Source of the DNA: Pecten maximus
Lineage: Eukaryota
Direction of reading: 5' to 3'
NCBI RefSeq assembly: GCF_902652985.1
Contig: NC_047018.1
Span: forward strand, 11,904,001-11,968,000
Length of the DNA: 64,000 nt
Both the position numbers and the translations under genes were made by a program. Numbering within the stretch: position 1 is the stretch's first letter; every line of letters begins with the position of its first letter. The notes under the pieces were generated by a model. That model was not told where the DNA came from and did no database searches. It saw only the letters and a list, made by a program, of their open reading frames with translations. Positions 12,301 to 24,345 of this stretch are shown piece by piece.

Positions 12301-15300
12301 CAGGAACTTTTACTGGTGAGAATCCACAACTTACAGATACTACTACAGGAACATTTACTGGTGAGAATCAATAACTTACAGATACTACTACAGGAACGCT
12401 TACTGGTGAGAATCAATAACTTACAGATACTGCTACAGGAACGTTTACTGGTGAGAATCAATAACTTACAGATACTACTACAGGAACATTTACTGGTGAG
12501 AATCAATAACTTACAGATACTACTACAGGAACTTTTACTGGTGAGAATCAATAACTTACAGATACTACTACAGGAACTTTTACTGGTGAGAATCAATAAC
12601 TTACAGATACTGCTACAGGAACGCTTACTGGTGAGAATCAATAACTTACAGATACTACTACAGGAACGCTTACTGGTGAGAATCAATAACTTACAGATAC
12701 TACTACAGGAACATTTACTGGTGAGAATCAATAACTTACAGATACTACTACAGGAACTTTTACTGGTGAGAATCCACAACTTACAGATACTACTACAGAA
12801 ACTTTTACTGGTGAGAATCAATAACTTACAGATACTACTACAGGAACGTTTACTGGTGAGAATCCACAACTTACAGATACTACTACAGGAACATTTACTG
12901 GTGAGAATCAATAACTTACAGATACTACTACAGGAACGCTTACTGGTGAGAATCAATAACTTACAGATACTGCTACAGGAACGTTTACTGGTGAGAATCA
13001 ATAACTTACAGATACTACTACAGGAACATTTACTGGTGAGAATCAATAACTTACAGATACTACTACAGGAACGTTTACTGGTGAGAATCAATAACTTACA
13101 GATACTACTACAGGAACTTTTACTGGTGAGAATCAATAACTTACAGATACTACTACAGGAACTTTTACTGGTGAGAATCAATAACTTACAGATACTGCTA
13201 CAGGAACGCTTACTGGTGAGAATCAATAACTTACAGATACTACTACAGGAACGCTTACTGGTGAGAATCAATAACTTACAGATACTACTACAGGAACATT
13301 TACTGGTGAGAATCAATAACTTACAGATACTACTACAGGAACTTTTACTGGTGAGAATCCACAACTTACAGATACTACTACAGAAACTTTTACTGGTGAG
13401 AATCCACAACTTACAGATACTACTACAGGTTTACAAATACTACTACAGGAACGTTTACTGGTGAGAATCAATAACTTACAGATACTACTACAGGAACGTT
13501 TACTGGTGAGAATCAATAACTTACAGATACTACTACAGGAACATTTACTGGTGAGAATCAATAACTTACAGATACTACTACAGGAACTTTTACTGGTGAG
13601 AATCAATAACTTACAGATACTACTACAGGAACGTTTACTGGTGAGAATCAATAACTTACAGATACTACTACAGGAACTTTTACTGGTGAGAATCAATAAC
13701 TTACAGATACTGCTACAGGAATGTTTACTGGTGAGAATCCACAACTTACAGATACTGCTACAGGTTTACAGATTATACTAATACAGGAACTTTTACTGGT
13801 GAGAATCCACAACTTACAGATACTACTACAGGAACGTTTACTGGTGAGAATCAATAACTTACAGATACTACTACAGGAACGTTTACTGGTGAGAATCAAT
13901 AACTTACAGATACTACTACAGGAACTTTTACTGGTGAGAATCAATAACTTACAGATACTACTACAGGAACGCTTACTGGTGAGAATCAATAACTTACAGA
14001 TACTGCTACAGGAACGTTTAATGGTGAGAATCAATAACTTACAGATACTACTACAGGAACTTTTACTGGTGAGAATCAATAACTTACAGATACTACTACA
14101 GGAACGTTTACTGGTGAGAATCCACAACTTACAGATACTACTACAGGAACTTTTACTGGTGAGAATCCACAACTTACAGGTACTACTACAGGAACATTTA
14201 CTTGTGAGAATCAATAACTTACAGATACTGCTACAGGAACTTTTACTGGTGAGAATCAATAACTTACAGATACTACTACAGGAACTTTTACTGGTGAGAA
14301 TCAATAACTTACAGATACTGCTACAGGAACGTTTACTGGTGAGAATCAATAACTTACAGATACTACTACAGGAACTTTTACTGGTGAGAATCAATAACTT
14401 ACAGATACTACTACAGGAACGTTTACTGGTGAGAACCCACAACTTACAGATACTACTACAGGAACTTTTACTGGTGAGAATCCACAACTTACAGATACTG
14501 CTACAGGAACTTTTACTGGTGAGAATCAATAACTTACAGATACTACTACAGGAACGTTTACTGGTGAGAATCAATAACTTACAGATACTGCTACAGGAAC
14601 GTTTACTGGTGAGAATCAATAACTTACAGATACTACTACAGGAACTTTTACTGGTGAGAATCAATAACTTACAGATACTACTACAGGAACGTTTACTGGT
14701 GAGAATCCACAACTTACAGATACTACTACAGGAACGCTTACTGGTGAGAATCAATAACTTACAGATACTACTACAGGAACGTTTACTGGTGAGAATCAAT
14801 AACTTACAGATACTACTACAGGAACGTTTACTGGTGAGAATCAATAACTTACAGATACTACTACAGGAACGTTTACTGGTGAGAATCAATAACTTACAGA
14901 TACTACTACAGGAACGTTTACTGGTGAGAATCAATAACTTACAGATACTACTACAGGAACGCTTACTGGTGAGAATCAATAACTTACAGATACTGCTACA
15001 GGAACGTTTACTGGTGAGAATCAATAACTTACAGATACTACTACAGGAACTTTTACTGGTGAGAATCAATAACTTACAGATACTACTACAGGAACTTTCA
15101 TTGCTATCTGCTTTATTTCCGGGGCTGCTTTCAGTCCATCTTGTAAGGATTCTGTTGTCATGGACAATTGGTGGATCTAATAATAAAAAACAAACATTTT
15201 ATACATTAGTGTCATTGTTTTTTGTGTGTAATTGTTGTTGGTATTTAGTGTCATTGTGTTTTATTTGTATAATTATTGTTGGTGTTTATGTGAACTGTGA

Positions 15301-17430
15301 TGTTACAGTCAGTACATATTGTTGATTACCTTATTGGTTATGTTTGTCAGCCTCTGGTTCATACGTGTGGTTTCAGTAACACCTCCAGCCTTGATCCCCT
15401 GGATTGTTTGGTTAACAGTCTGAACTTTGTTCCTTAGATCTTGATAATCTCCCAAACCATTTTGGTTTCTTGATTCAACTAAAAATTTATTTGACAAGTT
15501 TAATTTAAATACACTAGTTGCATCAGTTCATTGTAATCAAAGTAAACATATCAATTTGTAGTCATAATATCTTGTAACATATTTGCGAAAATGAGTTGCT
15601 ATTATGTAACAAAAGCATAGTATATCTGCCAACATCGGGTCACTTCCTTTCATTAAAGGTGATGCTATTGAGAGATAAGGTTAATATTGGGATGTTATCA
15701 TGAAGACCACAAATGAAAGCCGATATATTTCATAAATATCTATAGTAAACACTGGTGGTTGTTGGTTACATATTGGCAGTACCTAGTACTAGTATTTATA
15801 CACATGGACATGGCAAAGTCTTGCAAAATCTTTATACACTATAAGGAAAGTTCAGTGATGTGTAAATGTATTATATATATATAGTCAGGTGAGTGTGTCC
15901 TTTTCAATATTTAATCTTTTTAAACATTTTTGGGGGAATAAAACAGATATCTGATTAGAATGATGATATTAAGCTTAACATTATTAACTGATATTCTAAC
16001 TTCATAGTTACCTTTACCGATGTATCTATTTTAGTACAGACCTGTTTATTGTATCAATTTATCATCTCTCAAAAACATCTTTTCATATCCACAACTTTAT
16101 TGAACACTAATTAGTATGCTCTGGTACAGTATTAATGTAACAGGAGAGGAGAAAATGTAGCGGCCAGACCGGGGTTCGAACCCGGGACCTCCGAACACTA
16201 GCCGGATGCTCTACCAATTGAGCTACCTGATCACTGATGATCGACCCAGTCCAGTCCCGCTACACACCTCCCTCCTTTTTTTCAAGTCTTCGCCCTCGAA
16301 GACACAGGAGACCCTTATACCACCACCGTGGGTATTTTAGTTGGGCGCCAATTTTGTAACAGGAGAGGAGAAAATGTAGCGGCCAGACCGGGGTTCGAAC
16401 CCGGGACCTCCGAACACTAGCCGGATGCTCTACCAATTGAGCTACCTGGTCACCGATGATCGACCCAGTCCAGTCCCGCTACATTAAAACATCAATATAT
16501 TTCCTTTATATAACGGTAAGTTTTCATGATGTACAGCATTACTTTAAGAAGTGAAACTGAATTTCATTAGTCACGAGTGTACTTTACGTAGTTGATTTCA
16601 ATACCCGAAGACATTTTGTCTCTCTCTCATTTCATTGAGGTCCCGTTTCATTAGTCTTTATTAAATACCTGAGGATATTTTGTCTCTCATTTCATCAAGG
16701 TCCCGTTTCATTTGAAAGTGCATCCACAACAGAGCCACACATGCTAGTAGGCAAGTGCCAACCAGGAAGATGCCGAAAACGGTTATACATGAGCATCCTG
16801 CTGAGCCATGTCCTTTACTGTTAAAAAGCATATGGAAATTCATTTAAGGAGAAACCACGATCTATACAGTACAGTAATACTCAGTACAGTCAACAATGAC
16901 CATCTACCCAAGCTTAAACAATCGGCAGGCAGGCCTCTATTTGTTAAAATTTCTCATTTCGGAAACAAAAGTAATTCATCATTCAGTCATAAATGCTTTC
17001 AGACTGGTTACTTATACGTGTTAATATAGGTCATTTTCGATAACATATATACGCACTAAACAGACTATCAATATGTATTCATATAGATTACTGATGATAC
17101 GGATCAGCGGATATGCTTTCATTTTTAGTGGAATGAATCCAATAATTACGCCATTCACTTATATTTACTGATTGTATATGAAGAAGCGCTATTTAAACAC
17201 TTAATATAACCGGTTCATCACAAAACTTACTTCCGCATGAAAGATTTTTGAGCCGAAAGACTAAACTCGTCTATCTCGGACGACTCGCTGTCAGAACGGA
17301 GGAGCTCGTGGCCACTTTTAGATTTCCGTCGTGATTTGCCGTTACCAACTAAAGCATCGAGTTCTCGACGCTTTTTCATCCTTTTGGATGGTTTGAATTC
17401 AACATTAATTTTACTTTGTTGATCCAGCAT
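132..17430 (-). CDS. EFCAB14: EF-hand calcium-binding domain-containing protein 14-like (type II membrane protein, coiled coil, two C-terminal EF-hands); 13 coding exons
   Basis: Exons with GT/AG ends and consistent phases: 17430 (or ATG 17379)-17231, 16817-16669, 15478-15330, 15176-15078, 11965-11858, 11687-11610, 11342-11250, 10272-10096, 9639-9520, 8479-8378, 7962-7806, 4234-4031, 1772-1668, plus terminal exon 364-132 (14 segments counting the terminal exon). N-terminus MKKRRELDALVG...HELLRSDSESSEIDEF resembles vertebrate EFCAB14 (MKKRKELNALIG...RLLRTEPPDSDSES, recalled). TM segment VFGIFLVGTCLLACVALLWM, many N-x-S/T sequons after it, EF-hand loops DKDGNELVSRED and DKNDDNLYSLDE. Confidence 0.9.
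1417..1635 (-). mobile_element. tRNA-derived SINE with V-domain-like core
   Basis: Head with A box GGTGGCCGAGTGGTT and B box GAGTTCGAAAC; core GGTTTTTCTCCGGGTACTCCGGCTTTCCTCCACC; (CAAAT)n tail; 10-bp TSD ACATTGTTGA at 1407-1416 and 1636-1645. Confidence 0.85.
2338..2696. repeat. ~24-bp minisatellite
   Basis: GTAAGACATCTCTGACCTTGATAG variants, ~15 copies. Confidence 0.95.
3273..3970. repeat. 16-bp minisatellite
   Basis: AAGGTGTTAGGTYTAT, ~40 copies. Confidence 0.95.
4305..7330. repeat. 15/17-bp minisatellite (~3 kb)
   Basis: GTATAGTGTAGAGAGTT variants; source of the spurious YNSLHYTTL ORFs. Confidence 0.97.
8075..8390. repeat. 18-bp minisatellite containing the splice donor of exon 8479-8378
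   Basis: Minus-strand unit CAGATACAG|GTGAGYGGT, ~17 copies. Confidence 0.95.
8929..9488 (+). mobile_element. Degenerate HINE-like element related to the 155-bp-array family
   Basis: ACAAGAG head, decayed CAAAATCTAAGATGGCCACCTGTCGGCCAT units, 3' AGCCCACCATCTGATGGTGGAGGGCTAAAAA. Confidence 0.6.
12220..15098. repeat. 45-bp minisatellite containing the splice donor of exon 15176-15078
   Basis: Minus-strand unit TAAAAGTTCCTGTAGTAGTATCT|GTAAGTTATTGATTCTCACCAG, ~63 copies. Confidence 0.97.
16136..16483 (-). mobile_element. TRIM (non-autonomous mini LTR retrotransposon) with tRNA-like sequence in each LTR (Helenus-type)
   Basis: Two 129-bp TG...CA direct repeats (16136-16264, 16355-16483; 2 mismatches). 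PBS TGGCGCCCAAC follows the 5' LTR; PPT AAAAAAAGGAGGGAGG precedes the 3' LTR; 4-bp TSD TTAA; cloverleaf with A and B boxes inside each LTR. Confidence 0.88.
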
Positions 17431-17495
17431 TGGCGGATCAATATGAAAATCCCCCTAACTGCTGTTTCCCCAAGTGTCAATTTCTCGTCCTCGAA

Positions 17496-17555
17496 CCGGA
17501 AGTGACAAGTTGTAAACGAGCTTACGCGAAAAAGATATCTCTGCCTTCTGATTGG
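17496..17555. promoter_or_regulatory. Putative promoter of EFCAB14-like exon 1 (ETS-type CCGGAAGTG, CCAAT box)
   Basis: CCGGAAGTG at 17496-17504 and ATTGG at 17551-17555, just upstream of exon 1 in a locally CpG-rich stretch. Confidence 0.45.
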
Positions 17556-19039
17556 ATGTTAACTTATTACTCTCCTATGTAAAATTTGAATGATTGATTA
17601 GCCACGTGTGAAAGTTCAATGTAATTATTGTTTTACTATTTTCCCCTTCAAATAACTTCAATTTATATATGTATGTTTTAATTAATTATATTAAGTTCTA
17701 AGAAACAGTACACATGTTTTGATATTTATAGATAAAAGTACTGTATGGTACCAAAGTGTTTGTATTTATGCCTAATTAATTAGTAATTTGTCAAAACATG
17801 CATTTCCATGCCTCTATGTTTCTGAAGAATTGTTTTCGTCTAATGGATAATTTAACTTATTATAATAGGGACACATATAATCTTTTATTTCTGATGGTTT
17901 TATCTGCCTTATAAAAATCTGATATGCCCGGCCAACTATCATATATTTTTAAAATGCTGATAAAACACCAGAAACTTACTGATTAAGGACACATCATCCA
18001 TGATGCCATGGTATTTATTACATGTATACACTAAATATCAGTCACTGAACTTTCCTTCTTGTTTATAAGTATCGGACCATCGGTACATTTGTTTAGTATA
18101 AATTGTACCAGCAATAAATTTATGATTTTAAATTGTAATCTATTATTGGGATAGTAAAAGAGTTCACAGTTTTGGAAATTTTGCTAAGTTGTCATAAGTA
18201 TTTCATTCATCATTAAATTTTACAACTGATTTTAATGAGGCTCTAGATCTCCTTCGTATCATTATAGGTGGGAGTTAGCTTTCAATAATTGGTAATTAAT
18301 ATACTTTAATTTCTTCAAATGCTTAAAACAAAGGTATGGCCACAGAAAATGAAAATAAAATTCCATCCTTCATTCATATTATCACACTGCAAGAAATGTT
18401 TGGTGTTTTATTGTCCAATGGTGATACTGCGTGACATTTACACTTTTTGATGGAAAATTTAATAATGAAATTAAAACTAAAGAATGTCTTGATGCAACAC
18501 GACTAATTGTGATAATCAATTACAGTGTATATATTTATATACATGTACAAGAAAGTTTGTCATTAATTTTTTTCAACAATTCTAACGCATCATCTATCGA
18601 TAAACCTTCAAATATTAAGCTAAGAAGAAATTATTTGTACTACAGATACATACTTTTGAATATTTTTCTGAAGTTCAACATTTAATTGATACACTTTCAG
18701 ATAAGGAGCAAAATGTATTTCCCATCCATAACACATAAAATAAAGATCACATTTCACAAGCATTTCTTAGACAGTGTTTGCTCTAGTTTTTTTTTTTTTT
18801 TTTTAAGTTAGATGCAGCTGCATGGCTATTGATGAAAAGTTGTAAGTCAAGATAAATATGATACTGGTGAAACTTTACACAGCAATGATTATGATATTGA
18901 GAATGTGTGACTGATTTAGATAAGATTATTACCTGCTGAGTCATCAGGCCTTGTCAGCATATAATATTATTGTCTGCTCATGCTAAATATTTCAATTTTT
19001 ACTTTGCTGTGACTGTTAACATTAAGTAGAGGTGATGGG

Positions 19040-19940
19040 GTCCTGAGAGAGGATGGGGTCAGACTAGTGATCAGATAGGAGTTCAGGTGGTGGATGTTGG
19101 GGGTCAGACTGATGATAGGAGTTCAAGTGGAAGAAAAAGAGTCAGATTGATGAAAGGAGTCTAGACAGAGGATAGGGGGTCCAGAGGAATGGTAGGAGGT
19201 CATACTGGTGAAAGGATCCTCACAGAGGACAGGGAATCAAACAGGTGATCAGATAGCGGTCCAGGAGGATGATTCAATGGGGTCAGACTGGTGATAGGGG
19301 TCCAAACAGAAGACAGGGGTCAGACTGATGATAGGGGTCCAGACAGAAGACAGGGGTCAGGCTGGAGGATTCTAGACACAGGATAGGGGGTCCAGAGGAA
19401 TGATATGGAGTCATACGTATACCTGCAGTGATAGGGGTCCAGATTGGAAAGGTATCATGCGTAACAGGTGATAATGTCCTGACAGCTAGAGGACAGGGGA
19501 TCAGACCAGTGATCAGATAGGGGTCCAGGAGGATGATAGGGGCCAGACTGGTTTTAGGGGTCCAGACAAATGAAAGATATCAGAATGATGACAGGGGTCC
19601 TTGTGAATATAAAGGGTCAGACCAGTAATAGGGGATCCATGTGGAGAATAGGTCAAGCCAGTGTTAGAGGTCCAGGTGGAGGGTAGGGGGTCAGACCAGT
19701 GTTAGAGGTCCACGTTGAGGGTAGGGGGTCAGACCCGTGTTAGAGGGTCCAGGTCTAGGTTAAAGGTTCAGACCAGTGTTAGATGTCCAGGTGGAGGGTA
19801 CTGGGTCAGACCAGTGTTAGGGGGTCCAGGTGGAGGGTAGGGGGTCAGACCAGTGTTAGGGGGTCCACGTGGAGGGTAGGGGGGTCAGACCAGTGTTAGG
19901 GGGTCCAGGTGAAGGATAAAGGGTCAGACCAGTGTTAGGG
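19040..19940. repeat. ~39-bp G-rich minisatellite, homogeneous near exon 2b and decaying with distance
   Basis: GGGTCAGACCAGTGTTAGGGGGTCCAGGTGGAGGGTAGG variants. Confidence 0.85.
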
Positions 19941-19959
19941 TTTCAGTAATGGTACTTAC

Positions 19960-21227
19960 TGTCCAGCAGTTTTTGCTGGAGTTCTGCCACCTGTCCAGAA
20001 AGCCAAAATGATATGACCATAAGGACGGACACAGCGCAGATCAATAACAAGACAAAAAACATCTTTAAGAAAGACCAGAAGTTACAGAGACTTGTATCCG
20101 AGTCAAAATTCTTCTTTCTGAAACATATAATGTAAAGTTTTTTCAACTGATGAATTATTCCCCTTGGTAAGGTATCTATTACGAGATGATTTCTTTAAGA
20201 AATCAATTAGGTCAATAATAATGGAACACATAATAATATGAATAATGACATAAATAACTAAATGTTTTTTACCATCAGAATGACAGTGATGAGCCTTATT
20301 GCAATTATATAACATTTCTTTAAAAGTTTGCTACATCATTTTATGTAGATCCTTCATTGTGCATGAGTCAATATATAGGTAATTGATTTAATTTGAATGC
20401 AATTAATATTTTTTTGTTATGAGTTTAATAGTGTTTAGGCTACAAAGCAGTTTTATATACAATCATATATGAAAATATGTCTCATTATATTGTCAGAATG
20501 TCTAAGTCTAAAGCTGTCAGGGCCAGAGGAAAATCTTCTATGTAACTTGTAGTGACAACTCTACAGTGTAAGTGGTCATGAGGACCATGTTAATAATATC
20601 ATGCTATAGACATGTGCTTTATTGTAAAGCAACATAAGTTGTATAATTCAAAGACATATATATATATACTGTACTGTATAGAATCTGATCATATACTGTG
20701 ATACTTTTTATATAAAATGTATTTACTAACTATGTATGTACTTTTGTGTTTATAATTAATATAATATATAAACAATAATATATTATTGAACAAAGTACAA
20801 AAAAAGTTTTTAATTGTTTGTTTAACTTTCAACATTGTGGATGGACGCCAAGACGTAGGCCTATTCAAAGTCCTGCCTCCGGGGTTCAATCTCAGCTAAC
20901 GTGTCAATCAAACGGAACATCACAATAACAATCCCATAAAGATATAAGCGATAGGATCTCTCAACTCCTATACAATATCTTGATAAGAAAAGCTATAGTG
21001 ATACATACAGATCAATACGTGTAGTCTTGAAGCAAGCTGTGGTTCGCGAGGTTAAAAAGATACGGTACCCGGTAAGGCGAAGAGAGAAATGAGGATCCGG
21101 ATGAAACTTACTTTTTAGGCTTTTTCCCTTTCAGTGGGGGTAAATTTAATAATTCTGGATCGCTATCCGACGACTCCCCAAGTAGATTCATCATGATGTC
21201 CTGACTGGTTCCCCCGTTTCTCTTCAT
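19960..21227 (-). CDS. Paralogous/alternative EFCAB14-like 5' module (exon 1b 21227-21112, exon 2b 20117-19960): acidic/basic cytosolic tail, TM helix, start of coiled coil
   Basis: MKRNGGTSQDIMMNLLGESSDSDPELLNLPPLKGKKPK|KKNFDSDTSLCNFWSFLKMFFVLLLICAVSVLMVISFWLSGQVAELQQKLLD; GTAAG donors. Intron phases (2, then 1) are identical to exons 1/2 of the EFCAB14-like gene, so it can join exon 15478 in frame. Confidence 0.7.
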
Positions 21228-21329
21228 TTCACTAGTTAAGTAGACATAAACCTCCACCGGACGGTAAAAAACTACCAAAACAATAGCTGCACACGTCGTC
21301 AAAAACTTGTTCCTCTCCCGAAATCTGTT

Positions 21330-21352
21330 CAGGAAGTTTTCCTATGACGTCA
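21330..21352. promoter_or_regulatory. Putative promoter of alternative exon 1b (ETS-like CAGGAAGT, palindromic CRE TGACGTCA)
   Basis: CAGGAAGT at 21330-21337 and TGACGTCA at 21345-21352, ~100 bp upstream of ATG 21227; CpG-rich neighbourhood. Confidence 0.45.
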
Positions 21353-22454
21353 CGAGGTCATAGGGGACCAGACATTTTGGGTTTATATCGATGTATATTG
21401 TAGGGTAACACAGCTGGCCGGACTAATATTAGAGTGTGTATGCGGATAGTTAACATGGTCGTATTTGTAAGATAAGAAGGATGACAATGTGCGTTCTTAT
21501 CGGGGAGTTTTGCCATTTTCTTTAATATTTAACATTAGAACCAAGTGTGCCGGTGTTGTAAGGGGGATAACTCGCGTTTCGTGTACGTTTCTTGTACCAA
21601 ACAAAAACTTACCAAATTAGGGCGTTCATCTCTCCCGTATTTTATTTATATAATTCCTCTTTTGAGGGTTCTCTGGTGTAGAACAGTCTTCCAAACGAAT
21701 GCAGAGAAGTGGATAACTTCCAAAAATCAGGTGACTGATGGCACGATTTGTACATGTTCTATATATGTCTACGGTTTATGTCCGCTTTGTAATTTTGTTA
21801 ATTTGTATTTTTTAAAAATAAATTAAACTATGATTTTCCTTTCATGACTTTTGTTTTCCTAATATGTGCCTTGTTTTATTCTTGTTTTTTTTTCTGGTGT
21901 GACTGTAAAATGTCCTTAGGTAATTGAAAACTTTATTCACATTTGTATATTGTCAAATGTAGTGTTTTGCTATAGGGCCTATATAATGTAAATTAGTATT
22001 AGACTTGTCCAGAGATTGAGTATACATGTGATTGTATTTTGCTGTAGCCAGGGCCAGTGATTGTATATAAATAGAAGTTTTCACTTGCCGTCTAATTTCT
22101 GTGATAGTTGAAGATTGTCTCTTCTTTGTTGTCGTTTATATATACAATGTACCTTTGTTTATCACAAAAATGTACGGTATGCGACTCTAAATAAATAAAT
22201 AAAAACCGGATATACATGTATAAACATTCCAATGATAACCATGCCGTCAATAAAACTTTCCTACGACATTAAAACCAGACTAAGAACTGAGGATCTGGGA
22301 TATAATGATCTAGAACTGCCAAACATTCAATAGGTAATACCCTATCAAACACCCATGATGAGTACCGTTGAGTGGGGCCAGATGCTGGAAAACATAATGA
22401 CTTGCATAACGTTGAATTCGCAACTGTGGTCACGGAATGACCGAAGTGTTTAGA

Positions 22455-24002
22455 TTAAACAATATTTATTTGAAAATAAGTAATACAGTGTACAATACAA
22501 TAAATCAAAAGTATACAAGAGGATTTGGTAACAAGCTTAGAGCTTATGTAAAACCATCTCCTTATTAATGATCATGGAAATGCTGATGTTAAACAATAAT
22601 GTTACTGTCCGAGTACTGTTCCTGTTTTCATAATTACATACAAATAATTATACAACAAGTTTAAGAGACTAATGTAGTAAAGTTACGTTATAGGTACAAT
22701 GTATTTTACATATGAGAAAACGGCTGATTTAAGTAAATACTATGTAATCACGCAATTTGTAAGACATAAAAATACACCAGAAATTACATGTTCGAGTCAT
22801 ACATACATACATACAATGTACATACATACATACATACGTATGTAACATACATTATGACTTGACTACACAAAACGCTCACTCTTCATTATAAATTCTTGTA
22901 CTGCCAAAATAATTTCCTCGTTTTTTTTTTGTACTGTAAGGTCTGGACTTCCCCAGAGTAAACAAGCCGTATCTAAGTCATAGTTTAATCTATATATATA
23001 TTGTTCTCTTAAATCTGTATACTTTTCACATGCAAATAAAAAATGAAAGTTGTCCTCGATGTATCCACATGAACAAAAAGGATCATCATTAGGATTTTTT
23101 TTCAAAAAGATGTGCTTTTAAGCTATTACATTTTAATCGGAGTCTGGTGTGATAAATTTGGGCTTTACGGTTTCCACAGGATAGATAACTAGGCAATTTA
23201 TTTCTGTCTCTATCAAGATATTTTTTTTAGGACAGACACGGATGCATTTTCTCTAATGGTGGAGGGAAAGTTGTTCCATAGATGAGTAGTGCTTGGAAGG
23301 AATGAGTTTTTGTAGGAACTGGTATTAGTTTTGATGGTGTATAATTGGTTTGATTGTCTAGTTCTTTGGCTATGTATTTCAGAATTTCTTCTTGGAAGTA
23401 TGTTAGAAAGGGAAGGAGGAGTATGATTATGAACCATGTTATGAAGCTTAATTATCTTATGTTTTATCCTACGTTCTGCTAATGTGTCCCAACATGTATC
23501 TTTATATAATAGTTCACTACTTACCAGTTTTGTTGCTACCGTAACTATCCTTGCTGATTCTTTGTGAATTAATTCTAGTTTATTTATAAGGAAAGCTGGT
23601 AAAGAATCCCATACAACGTCGGCATATTCGAGTATAGGCATTATATATGAGAAATATATACGTTCCAAGGTATTTCGGTCAAGAAGGAATTTAAGTTTGC
23701 GTAGAACTGCTGGCCTTTTTGATATTTTAGACACGATACAATCTACATGGTTAGTCCAACTTAATTCAGAGTTGAAATATACACCTAGATGTTTATGTAA
23801 TAAAACTTGTTTTATATTCGTATTGTCCATACTTAAGATTACATTTTGAAACTTTCTTACTGACTAATAACGACTCCGTTTTATTTGTATTAAACGTAAC
23901 TAACCATTGAGTGGCCCATATTACGAGATAAAGAGTAGTGTCATCAACGAATAATTTGATAATGCTGCTAATATCCGAAATTATATCATTTATTAATATC
24001 AA
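22455..24002 (-). mobile_element. 5'-truncated, frameshifted CR1-group LINE (RT C-terminal region and 3' UTR)
   Basis: ORF fragments INDI...IKLFVDDTTLY, HKHLGVYFNSELSWTNHV...LEYADVVWD, CSCGYIEDNFHFLFAC; 3' end AAATAAATATTGTTTAA. Confidence 0.85.
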
Positions 24003-24159
24003 AATCGAAGTTTTTTGAAATTGGTCAATAGATTAGGAGCTTACTTCTGCACACGTTAGATATTTTTTTTCTCTTTTGTGACTATTAGCGGAATTATGTA
24101 TATATTTACATTTTACACAACCCGTAATAATGTTTGATGTTTAGCGACAAACTAAATGT

Positions 24160-24345
24160 ATGTCATCTGCCAGACCATTGTTTGACGTATATTGTTTATC
24201 TTTGTCATATGCCAGACCATTGTTTATCTTTGTCATATGCCAGACCATTGTTTTGTTTATCTTTGTCATATGCCAGACCATTGTTTATCTTTGTCATATG
24301 CCAGACCATTGTTTATCTTTGTCATATGCCAGACCATTGTTTGAC
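24160..24345. repeat. ~28-bp tandem repeat
   Basis: TGTCATATGCCAGACCATTGTTTATCTT, ~6 copies. Confidence 0.9.

Noticed and set aside
12166-15325. 400-530 aa LQILLQELLLVRINN / SSICKLLILTSK ORFs
   Set aside because: By-products of the 45-bp array on both strands; only the first 20 nt of the array lie in a real exon.
16160-16455. Two tandem tRNA-Thr-like genes
   Set aside because: They are embedded in TG..CA LTRs with PBS, PPT and TSD and have acceptor-stem mismatches, so they are part of a TRIM rather than tRNA genes.
18933-18982. Possible third exon for the alternative module B
   Set aside because: AG/GT-bounded 50 nt, but it gives an immediate TGA in the required phase and has no coding support.
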